Shown here piece by piece: positions 36,079 to 38,292 of a stretch of 38,292 nt of DNA. The notes under the pieces are model-generated. The model was not told the DNA's origin. It ran no database searches and saw only the letters and a list, made by a program, of their open reading frames with translations. The translations under genes and the position numbers were made by a program. Numbering within the stretch: the stretch's first letter is position 1; each line of letters starts with the position of its first letter. The stretch is taken from sequence record SRR20825006_365. The stretch is one strand, 5' to 3'.

Positions 36079-36122
36079 AATCCGCCCTTGGTGTCGATGC
36101 AGCGTCACGTTTACGCAGAAAT

Positions 36123-36526
36123 CTCTTTCCAGTTCGTTGCTATAAATTTCGAAGCTAAAAATCCTCATATCACTGATTTTAAATGCTTAATTCCTTTCTG
36201 GAAAGAGCGAGTCGAACTCGCAAGACCTCTTTCCAGTTCAGAGGGTGATCGCTGTGTCCATTTCGGATTAAATCAGCATTTAAATGCCCTGAAACCCCTT
36301 ATTTAATGGCCTCTGAGAGGCGTAGATGGATTTGCAAGTTTTGGTGTCTGTAGAGAGGGTCATACCTTACATAAGGGCCCTTATGGGGCTTAGTGCAGGA
36401 CTTTATGCAGCTTGCACGGCTAGCCCCGCCATTCCTTCAAATTCCTTATAAATAAGGCCTTTAAGCGCCTTTTACCGGCTGTTCCCACCTGTTCCCGCTT
36501 ACTGCAGGTTTCTATGTCTCACTACA
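36123..36526 (-). other. Predicted prophage left end region with repeated protein-binding motifs
   Basis: Ends in ..ACA at 36526 (5'-TGT on the - strand). TGCARGTTT...TGTCT at 36333-36349 and 36503-36519; CTCTTTCCAG at 36123, 36227 and inverted at 36198-36207. Confidence 0.65.
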
Positions 36527-36597
36527 CTGATGTGAGGTTGTGTTTGACTGCCGATATAGGATGATATGTCCTCCAAATTTGAACAAGGGTATTAAAT

Positions 36598-37056
36598 GTG
36601 ACTGTAGATGTGAAACTGCCCCAAATCGGCTCGTGCCGATGCGGTGAGGTGATGCTTGAGGTGGCAAAGGCGCCGATCATGACTGCGGCCTGTCATTGTC
36701 GCGGCTGTCAGAAAATGAGCGCCAGCGCCTTTTCCTTGACCGCGATGGTACCCGCCGAAGGCTTTCGCGTCGTCAGTGGCGACGTGGTAAAGGGCGGCAT
36801 TCAGGGGCCTGAGTTGGATCATTATGTCTGCCCCCTCTGCAAGACCTGGATGTTCACTCGCATCACCGGCTTTGACGCGGTGGTCAATGTACGGCCGACC
36901 CTGTTTGAGGTCGCTGAATGGACCGTTCCGTTCATCGAAACGATGACCTCGGCCCGGTTGCCTTGGGTGCGTATCCCGGTCCAACACAGTTTTGAGGGGA
37001 TGCCCGATCCGGCGCAATTCCCGGCGCTGCTTGCGGCCTACGCGACTCGCGTTTGA
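36598..37056 (+). CDS. GFA family (glutathione-dependent formaldehyde-activating-like) protein, host gene
   Basis: GSCRCG, CHCRGCQK, CPLC zinc ligands. Confidence 0.9.
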   Translation: MTVDVKLPQIGSCRCGEVMLEVAKAPIMTAACHCRGCQKMSASAFSLTAMVPAEGFRVVSGDVVKGGIQGPELDHYVCPLCKTWMFTRITGFDAVVNVRPTLFEVAEWTVPFIETMTSARLPWVRIPVQHSFEGMPDPAQFPALLAAYATRV

Positions 37057-37284
37057 CGCCTCAACGTGTGAACACCGCCATCCGGCCCCTGCGAGGGTCG
37101 CCAAATCCGCCGGTGCGATCGCAAAATATGGATTGAGCGGCCCGCGTCCTTAAGCGCCATTTCGACACGTTTGAGGCTTTTGGCCATCGGTGGCACCAAC
37201 TGATTTCCCGCACCAAACCATGTCGATTTGGGTTGCGCAAGACGTGCAATCGGCCATGCTCGGGACAAGATTTCAGGAGGAACC

Positions 37285-38292
37285 ATGTCCGACATCAGCG
37301 CCGTTTCCCGCCGCATCACGCGCTTGCCGCGCGCCTATGATCCCGAGCGTGGCGCCGAGGCGGCTGAGGCCGTCGCGGGGCTGACCAAAGACGAAATCGC
37401 CCTGGTTGAAGGCGCGGCGGGATCTGCGCCCTATCTGCATGGTTTGGTGTTGACAGAGGCGGCGTGGCTGATGCCTGCTTTTGACGACCCGATGCGCGCG
37501 CTGTCCGATGAAATGGCCCGGATCGAGGCCTTGCCCTTTGATCAAATCGACCCCGGTCTGCGCCAAGCCAAACGGCGCATCGCGCTTTTGGCGGCGCTTT
37601 GTGATTTGGGCGGGGTTTGGGTGCTCAGCGATGTCACCGGGTCGCTGTCTTTGCTGGCGGATCGGGCCTGTCATGTGGCGATGCGGGCGCATGTGGCGCG
37701 CGAAATCAAGCGTGGCAAAATCCCCGGTCAGACCGAAGATGACATCGAAAGCTGTGGCGGAATGGTGGCGCTGGCCATGGGCAAACATGGCGCGGCGGAG
37801 TTGAATTATTCCTCTGATATTGACCTGATTTGCCTGTTTGACGAAAGCCGGTTTGAGGGCGTCGACCAGATGGAGGCGCGCGCAGGCTTTATCCGCGCCA
37901 CCCGCCGCGCCATGGCCTCGGTGTCCGATTTGACCGGCGACGGCTATGTGTTTCGCACCGATCTGCGCCTGCGCCCGGACCCTTCGGTGACGCCGGTGTG
38001 TTTTTCGATGGATGCCGCCGAGCGCTATTACGAAAGCGTCGGCCGGACCTGGGAACGCGCCGCCTATATCAAAGCCCGCGCCTGTGCTGGGGACATTGCG
38101 GCAGGGGAGCGGTTCTTGAACCAGCTCACCCCGTTCGTGTGGCGCAAACACCTTGATTTCAATGCCATCCGCGAGACCCATGATATGCGGTTGAAAATCC
38201 GCGCCCATAAGGGGTTGGGCGGGGCGCTGAAACTTGAAGGGCACAATATGAAATTGGGTCTTGGCGGCATTCGCGAGATCGAATTTTTCGCC
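37285..38292 (+). CDS. glnE: Glutamine synthetase adenylyltransferase, 5' part (runs off the window)
   Basis: AGGAGG RBS and ATG 37285; manual translation shows LAMGKHGAAELNYSSDIDLI, GYVFRTDLRLRPDP, GRTWERAAYIKAR, GGIREIEFF. Confidence 0.95.
   Translation, partial: MSDISAVSRRITRLPRAYDPERGAEAAEAVAGLTKDEIALVEGAAGSAPYLHGLVLTEAAWLMPAFDDPMRALSDEMARIEALPFDQIDPGLRQAKRRIALLAALCDLGGVWVLSDVTGSLSLLADRACHVAMRAHVAREIKRGKIPGQTEDDIESCGGMVALAMGKHGAAELNYSSDIDLICLFDESRFEGVDQMEARAGFIRATRRAMASVSDLTGDGYVFRTDLRLRPDPSVTPVCFSMDAAERYYESVGRTWERAAYIKARACAGDIAAGERFLNQLTPFVWRKHLDFNAIRETHDMRLKIRAHKGLGGALKLEGHNMKLGLGGIREIEFFA

Larger units (their letters stand above)
1..36526 (-). mobile_element. Mu-like transposable prophage (siphovirus-type tail); right end lies outside the window
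   Basis: MuA DDE transposase, MuB ATPase and Mu-type gene order (repressor-ner-A-B-gemA-mor-lysis-terminase-portal-F-G-I-T-tail). Candidate end TGT.. on the - strand at 36526, followed by host genes. Confidence 0.95.

Noticed and set aside
36481-36494. Alphaproteobacterial LexA box
   Set aside because: GTTC-N6-GTTC, whereas the consensus needs N7
37273-38244. 323-aa - strand ORF
   Set aside because: Antisense to glnE, which has clear motifs on the + strand
1-38292. CRISPR array, tRNA or rRNA genes
   Set aside because: No regularly spaced repeats or canonical tRNA/rRNA sequences seen

Overview
Positions 1 to ~36526 are most of a transposable (Mu-like) prophage, read mainly on the - strand. 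It has a siphovirus-type tail: no sheath gene, a tail chaperone pair with a -1 frameshift, a tape measure and a lambda-like tail tip. Gene content and the host genes suggest an alphaproteobacterial, Rhodobacteraceae-like host. From right to left: predicted left end (~36526), an AT-richer accessory island (32810-35992), an S24-type repressor with Ner/Cro switch, early genes (ParB-like, MuA, MuB, DUF3164, GemA, Mor/C-like activator), lysis, packaging and head genes with a Dam-like methylase, and the tail operon, which runs off the window at position 1. Host DNA follows: a GFA-family gene and the 5' part of glnE. Four features stand out. (i) A stand-alone 533-aa reverse transcriptase is inserted between the gpG-like and protease genes, with a structured non-coding leader; it does not look like a retron, DGR or group II intron and is a candidate DRT/UG-type RT-ncRNA defence system. 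(ii) Two paralogous membrane proteins flank a nuclease-like gene and are bracketed by 22-bp inverted repeats. (iii) A degenerate motif recurs at the boundaries of accessory genes in both hotspots, suggesting a cassette-style acquisition mechanism. (iv) A cloverleaf-like element lies antisense to the methylase leader. All family assignments come from motif recognition and synteny, not database searches.
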